Part shown: positions 63,336-64,000 of the stretch, in pieces
Layout: each line of letters starts with the position of its first letter
Position numbering within the stretch: position 1 is the stretch's first letter
Source of the DNA: Moniliella sp. 'wahieum'
Lineage: Eukaryota
Direction: 5' to 3'
NCBI GenBank assembly: GCA_003971905.1
Contig: RSEE01000070.1
Coordinates: 248,001 to 312,000, forward strand
Length of the DNA stretch: 64,000 bases
Program-made: the position numbers and the translations under genes
Notes under the pieces: generated by a model
Seen by the model: the letters and a program-made list of their open reading frames with translations, nothing else
Database searches by the model: none
Told to the model about the DNA's origin: nothing

Positions 63336-64000
63336 TCATACCAAAAACGGGAAACATGATATGCAAATAGCGAATCCATAGCCATCAATAGTTACATGGC
63401 CGGCCACCGAGGTTCTCGATCTCGGTCCCACCAGTGCAGTTCCCGTTGCGGCTGCGCTGACGTCTTCCACCATTCCGTAGGGCTCGATGGATCGCCCAAC
63501 TCCAATGGAGACCGGTACATCGTCATCCCGTTCCTCGTGACCTTCTTCCACTGGCTGCACGCCCCCCCCATTCCCATTCCCATTCCCCTTCCCCCTCTCC
63601 CTCCTACGCGGGTCCACCTCCCCACCCGCTCCGCTTCCAGTCCCTGGTCCCTTCCCGGGTCCCTTCCCGGTTCCCTTCCAGGTTCCACGTCCGAGTGCAC
63701 CGCCACCTCGGCTGCCGGTCCCACACACCACCCCGTACTCGCCTGCACATTCTCCGCCATCCGGGACAACATGCGATCGATCCGTTTTCGTGAAATGTGG
63801 CCTTGGGCGGGGGGGCGGTGACTCGTCCAGGCGGTGCGGCGGTGCGGGCAGTACTGGAGGACAGAGAGCCCGTCATGGTCATGGCCATTGTCATGCGGGG
63901 ACTGGTGGCACTGGTGGGAAAAAGGGTGCAGTCAGGCGGACGCGCTTCGAGCAGCCGCGCCAAATCCATTTCGTCCTCTTCCGTCCCTTCGGGTGCTAGG
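63336..64000 (-). CDS. Probable 3' end of an unidentified low-complexity protein (runs off right edge)
   Basis: Overlapping GC-rich minus-strand ORFs with repetitive peptides (EPGREPGRDPGRD, MTMAMTMT). No recognisable domain; stop may be 63336 or 63392. Confidence 0.4.

Overview
GC-rich, gene-dense eukaryotic genomic DNA from a fungus. It is most likely a basidiomycete of the Ustilaginomycotina type; this is inferred from short GT-AG introns with CTAAC/CTGAC branch points, protein sequence style and GTGATTC arrays. About 21 protein-coding loci are recognisable: SEY1 (3' end), divergent RPL32/RPL16, FMT1, an SH3-RasGEF (Cdc25-like), a Pcl-type cyclin, two divergent secreted-protein genes, RPB9, RLI1, an Ariadne RBR ligase, O-GlcNAc transferase, an LRR-DH-PH RhoGEF, RCF2, a nitrilase, importin-beta, a shortened Sla1-like gene, COX9, an RTC4-domain gene, calmodulin, RPS14 and a partial gene at the right edge. 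There is also one intron-containing tRNA-Pro(AGG). Most genes, including essential ones, are broken by small indels (single-base deletions where checked). This points to an unpolished assembly rather than pseudogenes, so CDS limits are approximate. The most unusual non-genic signals are: (1) intergenic arrays with 7-bp periodicity built from several different hexamer palindromes sharing a T(C/G)A-N4-T(C/G)A frame; (2) a nitrilase bracketed by a diverged ~200-bp direct repeat; (3) structured 5'-UTR introns in RPS14 and RPL32; (4) paired TAGGGTTG motifs at ribosomal-protein promoters; (5) a TpA-rich, RIP-like relic at 14 kb. All calls come from reading the sequence; no database search or folding program was run.
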